The notes below the pieces were generated by a model. It made no database searches. It worked only from the letters and a program-made list of their open reading frames with translations, and was not told the DNA's origin. Below, piece by piece: positions 36,313 to 46,147 of a stretch of DNA of 64,000 bases (its first letter is position 1; the number at the start of each line of letters is the position of its first letter). The stretch spans positions 32,001 to 96,000 of the IMG/VR virus record IMGVR_UViG_3300036800_000175, one strand, 5' to 3'. The position numbers and the translations under genes are program-made. This DNA comes from a virus.

Positions 36313-36619
36313 CGGGCACCTCCCGACGGGCTTTCTCCCGGTACGCCGCCGCGACCGCCTCAGATACCTCTGGGTCGGTGAACAGGGCGCGGGAGATGGC
36401 CTCGCGGACGTGGTCGGCACACGCCCGGTAGCCGTCCTGGAAGATGGTGGAGCCCGGTCCAATGTCAAGGACGTCCAGTGCAGCCACAACCGCAGCGAGG
36501 AAGCCGGGGAAGAGTTCGGCCGCGATCTGGTGCTCAGTCTCAGCGTCCTGCGGGATCCCGATGAGCGCGCGGACCTGTTCCAGGTAGTTGGCCACATGGG
36601 CTTCCGTTATCTCAGGCAT
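36305..36619 (-). CDS. Hypothetical protein
   Basis: GGAGG RBS. Confidence 0.55.
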   Translation of the reverse strand: MPEITEAHVANYLEQVRALIGIPQDAETEHQIAAELFPGFLAAVVAALDVLDIGPGSTIFQDGYRACADHVREAISRALFTDPEVSEAVAAAYREKARREVPGV

Positions 36620-36908
36620 CGGGCACCTCCGGGTCGGTGAACAGGAACCCGTCAGCAGCGTTCGACTCAGCCCGGCGCTGCATCGCGCCGACCGTGGACA
36701 GGCCCTCTACCGGCTCGCCGTACCGCTCAGTCATCGCCTCCGCGAACGCTTCCGCTGAGGCGGCAGGGACACGCCACGCCCGGGAGTGCGCTGTCGCGCC
36801 GAGCTCACGGCTGCTGGCCGTGATCAGTGAAACCAGCGTCAGGCCGTCAGCCATCGGGCTCGCCCTTTTTCGGGTGCGCCGGACAGTAGTCGAGACGCTC
36901 GGTTGCGC

Positions 36909-37490
36909 TCACGGCGCGGTCCGGAGGGTGACTTTGACCGTGCAGCCGTAGCCGCCGGGGTTGGTGCCGGCGAACTGCGCCCGGTAGCCGCGGGCCCGCA
37001 GCCAGGACTCCACAGCGATCGCGTTCCCGCCTGAGTTCAGCCGCAGCAGCACCGCATCCCCGGCCCGGTCAACAGCGATGAGCGCGTCCGGGGCGTCATA
37101 TTTGAGCCGGTGCGCGATGGCCCGGCGGGCATGGGCGGCCAGGGCGCGCGTGTTCAGCCGGATCGGGTAGGTCGCGACGCGTGTCCCATCGGGACGCCAC
37201 TCCGGCAGCAGACGGCGGCTCACAGGGCGGCGGTCGGTCCCTAGCCGGGTCACGGCCCTGCGCCAGAGCGCGGTCGCCGCGTCTTTGGTCACGCCCAGCC
37301 GGGCAGCCAACTCCGCCCAGGTGTCCCCAGGATGGTCACGGCGGGCGCACACCACATCCCACGCGGGGGTTTCGGGTAGCAGCCGGCCGCTGGCCAGCAG
37401 CCGCCGGGCCGTCTCCTGATCGCGTTCCGCGGCCCTGGCCTGCCGTCGTACGTTGCTGGCCCGCAGCATCTGTAGACGGTCGGTGGTCAC
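36909..37490 (-). CDS. Protein with WhiA C-terminal HTH-like domain
   Basis: SNVRRQARAA..ARRDHPGDTWAELAARLGVTKDAATALWRR resembles the WhiA HTH (ANLRRSARAA..RLEH..SLEELG..TKDAVAGRIRR). Confidence 0.6.
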   Translation of the reverse strand: MTTDRLQMLRASNVRRQARAAERDQETARRLLASGRLLPETPAWDVVCARRDHPGDTWAELAARLGVTKDAATALWRRAVTRLGTDRRPVSRRLLPEWRPDGTRVATYPIRLNTRALAAHARRAIAHRLKYDAPDALIAVDRAGDAVLLRLNSGGNAIAVESWLRARGYRAQFAGTNPGGYGCTVKVTLRTAP

Positions 37491-37915
37491 CGCTCCGCCT
37501 CCGGGGCTACCTCGGCCCACCATGTGCGCGTCCCCGTGTCCGGGTTCGGCTCGACAGCAGCCACTAGGTTGTTTTCGTCAGCCATGCCGCCCGGTGGCAC
37601 GGGACCATCACCTGAGTAGACCGACAGTGAGCGCCAGCCCTGCCGGTAGCGGTCCTCAACGACAGCGGCGACGGCGGCGGGGGTGAGGATCATCCGGCCT
37701 TGCACCTGCCCGCCGTGGGAGTTGACGCCCCGCCAGCGGTATGCGGCCTCCCCGGCCGGCGGATGGTTCCTGTTGCAGCCGACGTCGCCGCAGCCCAGAT
37801 TCGGATGTGCTCTGACGTGGCCAACTTCGGCGCACCGCTCGCAGTGGCCCGGCAGGCCGACCGACTGGCGTTCTGAGTTTGAGCCAGCGAACTCATGCGT
37901 TGGGTAAGGCACCAT
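37487..37915 (-). CDS. Hypothetical protein with N-terminal Cys/His module (copy 1)
   Basis: YPTHEFAGSNSERQSVGLPGHCERCAEVGHVRAHPNLGCGDVGC. Confidence 0.6.
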   Translation of the reverse strand: MVPYPTHEFAGSNSERQSVGLPGHCERCAEVGHVRAHPNLGCGDVGCNRNHPPAGEAAYRWRGVNSHGGQVQGRMILTPAAVAAVVEDRYRQGWRSLSVYSGDGPVPPGGMADENNLVAAVEPNPDTGTRTWWAEVAPEAER

Positions 37916-38100
37916 CTTCTAGCCCTTCGGCGGGTAGCCAGGATCGTGGGGGTCGCACCAGGAGATTTGCACCGGCTGGCCGTCGATGACCATCGACGTG
38001 CAGCCGCAGGGGCGGCTGACCATCATCGGTTCCGGGTCAGGTGCGCGGAGCGGGAACGGGAAGTCGGCACCGTCAGGCATCTGGATCTCGGCCGGTTCGG

Positions 38101-38430
38101 TCACAGCGGCACCTCCGTGCCGGCCGCGGTCAGGCCGTACTCATCGCGGATGGCCAGATACAGGTCACCGACCCACGCGAGATCTGGGTCGGGCCGGTCG
38201 GTGAAGTAGGACGCTGACCCGAACCGGCGGCCCACGGTGCCATCTTTCTTGCGCTGTACGCCGGTCACCCAGACGGAAGCCCGTTCGCCACGGGTCAGCC
38301 TTATCTCGATCGTGGTAGGGAAGACGACAGTTTTGCGGCTGTAGCCCTGGATGATGTCGGGCCAGTTGTCACCGTCGCGCGTGACGGTCAGCGTCCATGT
38401 CTCGGTGTTGACCAGTTCGATCTGCGCCAT
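38101..38430 (-). CDS. Hypothetical protein
   Basis: G..RKKDGTVG motif; RBS. Confidence 0.6.
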   Translation of the reverse strand: MAQIELVNTETWTLTVTRDGDNWPDIIQGYSRKTVVFPTTIEIRLTRGERASVWVTGVQRKKDGTVGRRFGSASYFTDRPDPDLAWVGDLYLAIRDEYGLTAAGTEVPL

Positions 38431-38433
38431 CGG

Positions 38434-38775
38434 TCAGTCCTCGACGGCGAGGCGCTCATTGGCCTCAGCTGCGACGCGCGTGGCATGTGCGATGACGTCC
38501 ATGAGCGCTGGCACGTACTCCGTGCGGACGCCACCCAGGCCGAGGTTTTCCGGCAGCTCGATGACCGCGAACACCCCGGGGGCCACCTCGTCAGTCTCGG
38601 TGATCTTCACCCACACCTGGGGACGGGTGTCGAACATGGTCAGCCCAGCTGCGGCGTCGCCGCCGTCGAACTGGGCGAGCACGCGAACCTTGCGGAAACC
38701 GTCCAGTTCCCAGCGGATCTTCTCGGCGTCTAGGTCGCGCGACCCGTCGGTGACCCTGATCGTGTAGTTGCTCAT
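38434..38775 (-). CDS. Hypothetical protein
   Basis: Coupled ORF. Confidence 0.55.
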   Translation of the reverse strand: MSNYTIRVTDGSRDLDAEKIRWELDGFRKVRVLAQFDGGDAAAGLTMFDTRPQVWVKITETDEVAPGVFAVIELPENLGLGGVRTEYVPALMDVIAHATRVAAEANERLAVED

Positions 38776-39257
38776 GGGGTTCGGGCCCTCTCATTTTCGG
38801 CGGCGGTTTTCATCGCGGCGCTGATCGCGGCGATCACAACCTGTGCCGGGGTGCCAGCGTGGAAGTCGGCAGTCCAGCGGTTCGACCAGTACGGCACCAG
38901 CGACGCCGAGTTCAGGTGGACGCACGGGGCCGGGGCAGCGGGTGCGGGGACCGAATTGCCGCGCGGGTAGACAGCGACGGTGATCATCGTGTCCGCGACC
39001 TCGCGGAGGTACCAGCGGGCATGAGGCCGGCCGGTGTCCCGTTTCCGGGTGAACCCGCAGGCGGTCAGCATGTCGTAGATCGGGGCCAGGTCGGTCACTG
39101 CCGCCGTTGGATGATCCCGGTCGCAGCCGACGTCGCCGCAGCCCAGATTCTTGTGAGCCCTGACGTGGCCGAACTGCGCGCACCGCTCACAATGTCCCGG
39201 CAGGCCCACCGACTGGCGTTCAGAGTTCGAGCCAGCGAACTTATGTGTCGGATACAT
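38772..39257 (-). CDS. Hypothetical protein with N-terminal Cys/His module (copy 2)
   Basis: YPTHKFAGSNSERQSVGLPGHCERCAQFGHVRAHKNLGCGDVGC. Confidence 0.6.
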   Translation of the reverse strand: MYPTHKFAGSNSERQSVGLPGHCERCAQFGHVRAHKNLGCGDVGCDRDHPTAAVTDLAPIYDMLTACGFTRKRDTGRPHARWYLREVADTMITVAVYPRGNSVPAPAAPAPCVHLNSASLVPYWSNRWTADFHAGTPAQVVIAAISAAMKTAAENERARTP

Positions 39258-39918
39258 CTCCGGCGTCTCCCTCCCCGGGTCGCTTTACCCGGTCAACTTC
39301 ACCGTACCATAGGATGCGCCTTATCGGGGGCAACCTGGTGCTACCATGATCGGCATGCCGTCCCTGTCGCCCAAGCAAATCGCTGCGCTCCGCAAGGTGT
39401 CCCTGGACACCGTCGAACGTGAGATCCACCGCGGCAACCTGGCCGCCGTGAAAGTCGCCGGCCGGTGGCAGATCGAACCGGCCGACGCGGACAAGTGGGT
39501 CGCCACGTTCGTCACCTACGCCGCCCTGCGGCAGCCCCGCGGGAAACGCCGCACCTAACAACCACCCGCCCGGCCATCGCCCCGCCCAGGCCGTGACAGC
39601 CGCGACCGCGGCACCGGGCACCGCGTATTCCTCAGCGACCACGTCCGGGTCCTCCCCCGCCGCGAGCATCCCCGCGATCGCGTCGACCACCCGGTGCCGC
39701 TGATCCAATCCCCGCCGGCCGCAGATCCCGCACGGGCCGATCCGCGGGAACCACGGGTCTAGCGCGGGGTCGGCGTGCGCGGCCAGCGCGAGGGCGAGCC
39801 GGACCCGGACCTTGTGCGGCCTGCGGGCCCAGTCGGAGATCGTCATGCACCTCTGCCCGGGGATCGCCCCGCAGTGATCACAGGACGCGGTCAGCGGATC
39901 GACGTCCGCCGGGTTCAC
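39241..39918 (-). CDS. Zn-finger protein (CxxCGA.PG..C..H) with DUF433-like segment
   Basis: SCDHCGAIPGQRC..PHKVR; IAGMLAAGEDPDVVAEEY; 3' end runs antisense over the xis-like gene. Confidence 0.5.
   Translation of the reverse strand: MNPADVDPLTASCDHCGAIPGQRCMTISDWARRPHKVRVRLALALAAHADPALDPWFPRIGPCGICGRRGLDQRHRVVDAIAGMLAAGEDPDVVAEEYAVPGAAVAAVTAWAGRWPGGWLLGAAFPAGLPQGGVGDERGDPLVRVGRFDLPPAGDFHGGQVAAVDLTFDGVQGHLAERSDLLGRQGRHADHGSTRLPPIRRILWYGEVDRVKRPGEGDAGDVSDT
39355..39558 (+). CDS. Excisionase-type (MerR-like HTH) DNA-binding protein
   Basis: LSPKQIA..VSLDTVEREI.RG.LAAVKV..RWQI; leaderless behind TACCAT. Confidence 0.8.
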   Translation: MPSLSPKQIAALRKVSLDTVEREIHRGNLAAVKVAGRWQIEPADADKWVATFVTYAALRQPRGKRRT

Positions 39919-40279
39919 CAGCCCGCCCCCCCGGGCTGCGGCTGCCACACCCGCCGTGGCCGCTGAGCGTCCCGCATGCCGGCGGCGAGTTGGGCGATCC
40001 GGGCCCGCGACTTCGCCCCGTACGCGCGGGGTGCCCGTTTCCGCCGCGACCGCCGCGACCGCCACCACAGGTACGCAGCGACGGCACCGCTGGTCATGTG
40101 GATGGCCAGGACCGGCCACTGCTGCGGGGGCAGGAGATCCGCAGCGGCCCCGCCTGCCTCAATCAGTAGCCACAGCCAGTAGTTCGGCCACACAGGGTGC
40201 CTGCGCCTCCGCGCGAGTATCCACGGCAAACCGAGCCCGATGAACGGCCCCCACACCGCCGCGATCACCAGAGACACGA

Positions 40280-40522
40280 TCATGATGCCAGCCACCTCGC
40301 TGTTAACCCGGCCGCTGGCCGCCAGCGGGTGCACGGCCGCCGGTCCTCCGGGGTGCGCCGCCCTTCCACGGCGGCCACCTCCCCCGCGTCCCCCATGCGC
40401 CGCAGCGCCTTACGGACCGTGGACGCCGATTCCCGCAACGCGCGGGCGATCTCCGTCGCCGTCAACCCCGGATACGTCCGCACATGCACGATGATGCGGT
40501 CACGCAACGGTTGCGGCGTCAT
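40280..40522 (-). CDS. Winged-HTH DNA-binding protein
   Basis: PGLTATEIARAL..STVRKALRRM. Confidence 0.7.
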   Translation of the reverse strand: MTPQPLRDRIIVHVRTYPGLTATEIARALRESASTVRKALRRMGDAGEVAAVEGRRTPEDRRPCTRWRPAAGLTARWLAS

Positions 40523-41160
40523 GCTGGCACCACCTCAAGGGCACGCTCATAGGTGGCGTCCAGTTGCGCCACAGCCGCCGGCCCCTGCTGTTCGGCCATG
40601 TCCCGCAGCAGCGGCAACCCCGACGTGATCGACTCGAGGACCTCAGCCCGGGTCGCCGGCCGGCCGCGGGCGAACCACAACGCCTCCCGCGGCTCCCCGA
40701 TATCGAACAGGCGGCCACCAGCACCGTCGGACCGTTCCCCCCACGCCCGGTACCGGGTGACCCACACCAGAGCCACACCCGGGTTACGGCGGATCATCAC
40801 CCCCGCCGGCGGCGTCGTGCCCTCCGGCATGCGCCGGTCACGGCGGACCATCTGCGGCGTGTTCAGGAACGGGCACGCCAGCGCGGAGTACACCGCGCAG
40901 TCCCGGTGCGCCGGCGGCTCCGCGCTGACCCGGTTCACCGCGCACATCGGCCCGATCGTGAACGCCCGGTCCTCCTGCCGCAGGAACACGATCCCGCAGA
41001 TCCAGCACACCCGGTGGGCGAGCGCCTGGCCGGCCGCCCCCGGCTTGACGACCCGGAAGTCGGGCTTGCCGTCGACCCAGGCCACGAACCACGGGACGGG
41101 CCGGCCCACATGATCGCGGGGCAGGCGGGCGATCCGCCCCGGCATGTCCGGGCCCGTCAT
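40519..41160 (-). CDS. Conserved Cys-rich hypothetical protein
   Basis: PVPWFV..CWICG..EPPAHRDCA.YS..ACPFL. Confidence 0.7.
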   Translation of the reverse strand: MTGPDMPGRIARLPRDHVGRPVPWFVAWVDGKPDFRVVKPGAAGQALAHRVCWICGIVFLRQEDRAFTIGPMCAVNRVSAEPPAHRDCAVYSALACPFLNTPQMVRRDRRMPEGTTPPAGVMIRRNPGVALVWVTRYRAWGERSDGAGGRLFDIGEPREALWFARGRPATRAEVLESITSGLPLLRDMAEQQGPAAVAQLDATYERALEVVPA

Positions 41161-41534
41161 CAGGTCACCCCCGCCGCTGCGGACAGCCGGGTGATCGCGT
41201 CGCGGAGCATCGGCAGATGCCAGTGCGCCGGGTCAGGGCGGCCGCGGATCTCATCCGCCACATGGGCCAGCAGGTACTGGATGTCTTCCCGCCGGACGAT
41301 CACGTTGCTGCTCGGTGCTATTGAGGGGACGCCGCTGCCGAGCTCCGTCAGCGCGTGGCGGAACAGCCGCATCACCTCATCCACCCCGTCGCAGCAGGTC
41401 AGGACATTCAGCCCGTTGTTCCCTGTGGCTGCGATGGCGTAATGAGAGTTCTCCGCCAGCGGGATACCGGCGGCCCGGGCCAGCAGGGCGCGCACCTCAC
41501 CAACGGTGACGTCTTCCCCCGGTGCTGTCGTCAT
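41160..41534 (-). CDS. Hypothetical protein
   Basis: Coupled ORF. Confidence 0.5.
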   Translation of the reverse strand: MTTAPGEDVTVGEVRALLARAAGIPLAENSHYAIAATGNNGLNVLTCCDGVDEVMRLFRHALTELGSGVPSIAPSSNVIVRREDIQYLLAHVADEIRGRPDPAHWHLPMLRDAITRLSAAAGVT

Positions 41535-41690
41535 CAGTCGTCATCCTCCCTGTCTCCGTCCTCAGCGCAGAGCCAGCCGCCGTGGCCGGTGCTGTAGGCG
41601 GCGAGGAACCACGGGCCAAGCATCAGGCGTCACCCCTCAGGATCGTTAGGGTACCTACAGTGACCTGCCGTTCCCTGCGGACACGGCGCA

Positions 41691-42245
41691 TCAGGCTGTC
41701 CCCCGTGCCGCCGCGGTGCGGGCGGCGGCGTACAGCAGGGACGCCATCGACGCGGGCGGGATCGGGTGCACCTCGCGGAACGGCGCGGCGATGACCTGCT
41801 GCAACCGCCACCCGCCGGCCCACCGCCGGGCCGCCAGCAGTCCCCACCCCGGCGGCAGTTCCCCGTCTTTCACGATCACCTGGTCAGGGACCGCCAGCCA
41901 CCAATACGAACACCACCCCATGCAGGCCGCAGCCTTGCCGGGCGTTTTGAGCTCGCGGAGCCAGTCGGCCCGGCTGACTTTGACCTCAACGCCGTGGATG
42001 GCGCATTTGCCGCTCGCCCAGGTGTCCACGGCGACGAAATCAGCCGTCCTGGCCGACGGGTCACCACGGTCAAAGAATCCGCTCTTGGCGCGGACGTGCT
42101 CGGCCTTGACGTACTGGGGTTTCGGGACGCCGCCGTTGTGGCTGACGAAGCCGTACCGTTTGTGCAGCAGCTCAAGCATGTCCCGCTCCGTCAGCGGCCG
42201 TGCCGCCAGGACGGGCATGTCGGGGAAGGTGTCCGGTGCGGTCAT
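41691..42245 (-). CDS. MmcB-like PD-(D/E)xK nuclease-fold protein
   Basis: RTADFVAV..HGVEVKVSRADWLREL..P.K..YWWL..ELPPGWGL. Confidence 0.75.
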   Translation of the reverse strand: MTAPDTFPDMPVLAARPLTERDMLELLHKRYGFVSHNGGVPKPQYVKAEHVRAKSGFFDRGDPSARTADFVAVDTWASGKCAIHGVEVKVSRADWLRELKTPGKAAACMGWCSYWWLAVPDQVIVKDGELPPGWGLLAARRWAGGWRLQQVIAAPFREVHPIPPASMASLLYAAARTAAARGTA

Positions 42246-42382
42246 GTCTCTCCCCGCGCGATCTGCTGGGCGCGGGTGACCACGTCAGCGCGCATCACCG
42301 GCCCTGCACACCTGTCAGGAACGACGCCGTTTGCACGGAGGGCAGGGGGGCGGGCTCATCGGGGGGGAACCCGGTGGTTTCG

Positions 42383-42793
42383 TCAGGCATCGTGCGCGGT
42401 CCTTCCGGTTGGGGGGGTTACGCGGCTTCGCGGCGGACGCCAAGGGCCGCGGTAGGCGCACCCGGAGGTGCAGGTTTCCCTGACGACGACCTGTGTCAGC
42501 GGCAGCGAGCCGGTGAGCCGGTCCCAGATCCAGCGGGTCAGGTTTTCGCTGGTCGGGTTGGCCAGGCCAGGTATCTCGTTGAGGTAGTGGTGATCCAGTT
42601 GGGTGTGCAGCGGCGCGAACGCGTCCTTGAGATCCCCGAAATCCATCACCCAGCCCGTGTCCGGTCCGACGGGACCGCTGACGTGGATCTCCACCCGGTA
42701 GGAGTGGCCGTGCAGCCGGGCGCACTTGTGCCCGTCGGGAACATGAGGCAGCCTGTGAGCTGCCTCAAAGGTGAACTCGCGGGAGATGTCCAT
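42383..42793 (-). CDS. queD: 6-carboxy-5,6,7,8-tetrahydropterin synthase
   Basis: [44 protein letters not shown]. Confidence 0.95.
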   Translation of the reverse strand: MDISREFTFEAAHRLPHVPDGHKCARLHGHSYRVEIHVSGPVGPDTGWVMDFGDLKDAFAPLHTQLDHHYLNEIPGLANPTSENLTRWIWDRLTGSLPLTQVVVRETCTSGCAYRGPWRPPRSRVTPPTGRTAHDA

Positions 42794-43435
42794 TTACGGG
42801 ATCCCCAGGTATTTGTGGGTTTGCAGGCTGAGCCGCCACGCGGGGTGCGCGAGGCAGTATTCGACGGCGAGGCGGGTGTTTTTCTCCCTGTCCGGCCCGT
42901 CCATCGGTTGCAGCAGCAGCCGCGGGAACCCGAGATCCTCAAAGACGGCGGGGTCAAGGTCGTCTTGCGGATAGACAAGTTTCAGTTCGTCGCCGCGGGT
43001 GAGCCGCAGCGTGGTGCCGCGTTTGGGGCTGACACAGATCCAGTCCAGACCGGGCGGCGGGTCCTGGGTTCCGTTCGTTTCAACAGCGACCTCAAACCCG
43101 GCGGTCTGCATCGCGCGGACTGCGGCCTGGTCTAGTTGCAGGAGCGGTTCCCCGCCGGTGCACACCACGAACGGCTGCACCCGCTCACCCCTCGCCCCGT
43201 CCCACGCGGCCGACACCGCGGCAGCCAACTCGAGCGCGGTGGTGAACCGGCCGCCGCCGGGGCCGTCGGTGCCGACGAAGTCGGTGTCGCAGAACTGGCA
43301 GATCGCACGGTGCCGGTCCCGTTCCCTGCCGGTCCACAGGTTGCAGCTGGTGAACCGGCAGAACACAGCTGGCCGGCCCGCATGGGTGCCTTCGCCTTGG
43401 AGGGTGTAGAAGATCTCTTTCACCCGGTACGTCAC
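42794..43435 (-). CDS. queE: 7-carboxy-7-deazaguanine synthase (radical SAM, CX14CX2C type)
   Basis: [44 protein letters not shown]. Confidence 0.95.
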   Translation of the reverse strand: MTYRVKEIFYTLQGEGTHAGRPAVFCRFTSCNLWTGRERDRHRAICQFCDTDFVGTDGPGGGRFTTALELAAAVSAAWDGARGERVQPFVVCTGGEPLLQLDQAAVRAMQTAGFEVAVETNGTQDPPPGLDWICVSPKRGTTLRLTRGDELKLVYPQDDLDPAVFEDLGFPRLLLQPMDGPDREKNTRLAVEYCLAHPAWRLSLQTHKYLGIP

Positions 43436-44121
43436 CGCCGGTCACCCGCCAGTGCCGGGTCAGGGATGCCGAGTTCGGTGAACGCCGCAGCGCGCACACT
43501 GCACGCGCCGCACGCACCGCACGGGCCGCCGGGTGCGGGGTTGTAGCAGCTGAGGGTCGGCGTGTAGTCCACGCCCAGCCTGAGACCGTGCCGGATAATC
43601 GCCGCTTTGGTCATGCGGATCAGTGGGGCCCGGATCTGGACGGGGCCGGCGCTGGTCGCCAAGCCGGCCATCTGCTGGAACGCGGCCAGGTATCCGGGCC
43701 GGCAATCCGGGTATCCGTCGTGGTCGCCGGCGTTGACACCGATGAAGATGTCCCGTGCTCCGATGGTTTCGGCCCAGGCCAGCGCGAGGGACAGGAACAC
43801 CGTGTTGCGAGCTGGCACGTACGTCGCGTCGATACTGGCGGCCGGCCCGGCGGGCACGTCGGCGGCCGGGTCGGTGAGCGCGGATCCGCCGAACACGCTG
43901 ACATCCACATCCAGGATGAGGTGCCGCACGACGCCCTGCGCGGCGGCGACCCGGCCCGCAGCGGCGAGCTCAGCTGCGTGCCGCTGGCCGTAACGGAAAC
44001 TCAGCGCATACGGGGCGAAACCTTCGCTGCGGGCGACCGCCAGGACGGTCGCTGAGTCGATGCCGCCGCTGAGCAGCACCACAGCTCCCCGGATGGCTGA
44101 ACGCGGCGGGGCAGTGATCAT
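43432..44121 (-). CDS. queC: 7-cyano-7-deazaguanine (preQ0) synthase
   Basis: LSGGIDS, YGQRH, TYVPARN, YPDCR, SCY..CGACGAC. Confidence 0.95.
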   Translation of the reverse strand: MITAPPRSAIRGAVVLLSGGIDSATVLAVARSEGFAPYALSFRYGQRHAAELAAAGRVAAAQGVVRHLILDVDVSVFGGSALTDPAADVPAGPAASIDATYVPARNTVFLSLALAWAETIGARDIFIGVNAGDHDGYPDCRPGYLAAFQQMAGLATSAGPVQIRAPLIRMTKAAIIRHGLRLGVDYTPTLSCYNPAPGGPCGACGACSVRAAAFTELGIPDPALAGDRR

Positions 44122-44885
44122 GACGCCTCATCCCATAGGAAGCCCTGGTCGCGGGCGGCGAGTTGCTGCCGGGCCATGACCTCGTTGAGGCACGGCGGGG
44201 CCTGATGGCGCTCGATGCGCTCAGTGAGCACGTCGGCCCGGGTTTCGTTGGTGGCGGGCATGTAGACCCCGCTCGCCCAGTTCCCGTCGATGCCGATGTT
44301 GCGCGCCACGTTCGTTGAGTCAGCCGACGCCATCGGCACGGCGGCGACGATGCGGTGGCTCAGCATGCGCAAGCCGTGGAGTTTGGTGACCGGCTGCCCG
44401 TTCCGGCAGATCGCGGGCAGCACCTTCGGGTCATAGAGGCGTCCAAGGCACTTCGACGGTGCCGACACGTCCCACTCGGCGGCAGAGCCGAGCGCCACCC
44501 GCGGCCACTCACCAGCCAGCCGTACCAGGCGCTCAGGTGATTCGTTCAGGTGCCACACAGGGACGCCGCGGTGGCCGAACGGCCACGCGGTGAGCAGTTC
44601 GTCGTTCTCATCCTCAGTGCCGCCGATGACGTCGGGGATGATGGCCCAGTCACACGCCGGGTGAGCGAGCCACTTATCGCACCACCTGTAATACGCCTGC
44701 CAGTCCACCGCCTTCCCCTGCTTCCAGAGCGTGAACGCGCCGCAGTCGAGCGCGAACGTCTGGCAGATCGCGGCGGCCAGTTCGAGTTGGCGCGGCTCAG
44801 CGAACGATATGAAGGCGTGCCGGCCACGCCATACCCGGTAGGCACATGTTTCGGGCGTGATCGGGCCGCCGTGGTAGTGGATCAC
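44118..44885 (-). CDS. TGT-fold (tRNA-guanine transglycosylase / DpdA-like) protein
   Basis: LDCGAF (cf. DSGxF), PDVIGG, VPVWH, VALGS, KLHGL, SADSTN in TGT barrel order; ATGA-coupled to queC. Confidence 0.65.
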   Translation of the reverse strand: MIHYHGGPITPETCAYRVWRGRHAFISFAEPRQLELAAAICQTFALDCGAFTLWKQGKAVDWQAYYRWCDKWLAHPACDWAIIPDVIGGTEDENDELLTAWPFGHRGVPVWHLNESPERLVRLAGEWPRVALGSAAEWDVSAPSKCLGRLYDPKVLPAICRNGQPVTKLHGLRMLSHRIVAAVPMASADSTNVARNIGIDGNWASGVYMPATNETRADVLTERIERHQAPPCLNEVMARQQLAARDQGFLWDEAS

Positions 44886-45511
44886 TACGCTGCCGCCTCA
44901 CGGCGGACGCCGCACGGCCGGGCTTTCGGGTCGTCCATGTCGATGCCGTCCCACGCGGCGGGAGGCGCGTGACCGTGCTGGCGGGCTTTCCCCGCAGTGT
45001 GATTAGACGGGCCGGGGTGGTTGGCCAGTTCGTCGTAGACGGTGAGTACCCGGGTGGCCATCCGCACCGATACCCGATCCACGTAGATCCGCGCCAGCAG
45101 CGACCGGGATGAGTAGCCGGCGCGTTCCGCGATCACTGCGCCGGGCCAGCCCATCCGCATGAGGGCCTGCACCCGGCGCCTGGTCCCGGTCGACGGGACG
45201 CCACGCCGGGACTCACCGGCCGGGCGGAGCGGGACCGCCAGGATCGCTTGCTCATTCCGCGCCCGGATCCGCTTGACCCTGCCGGTGTACAGGTAGTACA
45301 GGTTCGCGGTGCCGGTGACGGCCTCAGCGGCGATCTGATCCCACGTCCACCCGTACACCTCACGCAGCTGCCGCAGGTGCTCACGGGCCAGCCCGCCACC
45401 ACGGAGCCCACCCCGGCCCGTGTGCAGCCGGTAGCGGTAGTCAGGCCCGCAGAACCCGTCGGTCTCGCGTGGCCCTTTGCAGCCGGGCCGGGCGCACGTC
45501 GGGGCGGTCAC
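44885..45511 (-). CDS. Double-HTH actinophage protein
   Basis: REHL..L..GWTW..IA; GTRRRVQALM.MGW; PPAAWDGIDMDDP. Confidence 0.65.
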   Translation of the reverse strand: MTAPTCARPGCKGPRETDGFCGPDYRYRLHTGRGGLRGGGLAREHLRQLREVYGWTWDQIAAEAVTGTANLYYLYTGRVKRIRARNEQAILAVPLRPAGESRRGVPSTGTRRRVQALMRMGWPGAVIAERAGYSSRSLLARIYVDRVSVRMATRVLTVYDELANHPGPSNHTAGKARQHGHAPPAAWDGIDMDDPKARPCGVRREAAA

Positions 45512-46147
45512 GCGGCACCGGCCAGTGTGTTCGCGTCCTGTCCGGCGGCCTGGTCGCGGTCGGTGAGTTCCTGGCACTGCCACAGCACCCGAACCTCACC
45601 GCCGGCCAGGTCGGCCAGTTCCGCGGCCGCCTCATTGCGCCACTCCCAGCCGACGTCATCCCAGTCAGGCGCGATCAGCTCATACGCCTCAGCGGCCTGC
45701 CGTGACAGTTCCTGGCAACGCGGGCAGTACCCGCCAGTGCTTATGTTGCGGGTCCGGCGGCACCGGACACCCATCCCGCCCCGGCAACGGCCCTTGACCG
45801 GCACCAGCGCCTCAGCTAGCACCCCGACCAGCGGGTGCAGGTCGGTGTCGCCGGTGTGACGCAACGGCGGCGCCGGCCGCGGCGCGGCGGGTTCCACGCC
45901 ACACTGATCCGCGATCACATCCAGCAGATCACGGAACAGGTCATCAAGCGACGCCGGGGCCTCACCGCCGGTGGTCATGCTGCGGGCTCCCGCCTGGTAG
46001 GGCCCGGGCGGTCGGTGATGGTGACGATGCGCCTGCCAGTCCAGCGCTGCCGGCTGGTCGTGATCAGCGGTGCGCAAGCGTGAGGCTCATACTCGCCGCA
46101 CGTCTCGCAGATACGCCGGGGGCGGGGCGCGCCGCCCGGGGTGGCAG

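Noticed and set aside
42383-44121. que genes as tRNA queuosine auxiliary metabolic genes
   Set aside because: No queF, queA or canonical tgt in the window; phage context with a TGT-fold partner favours DNA modification, though not proven
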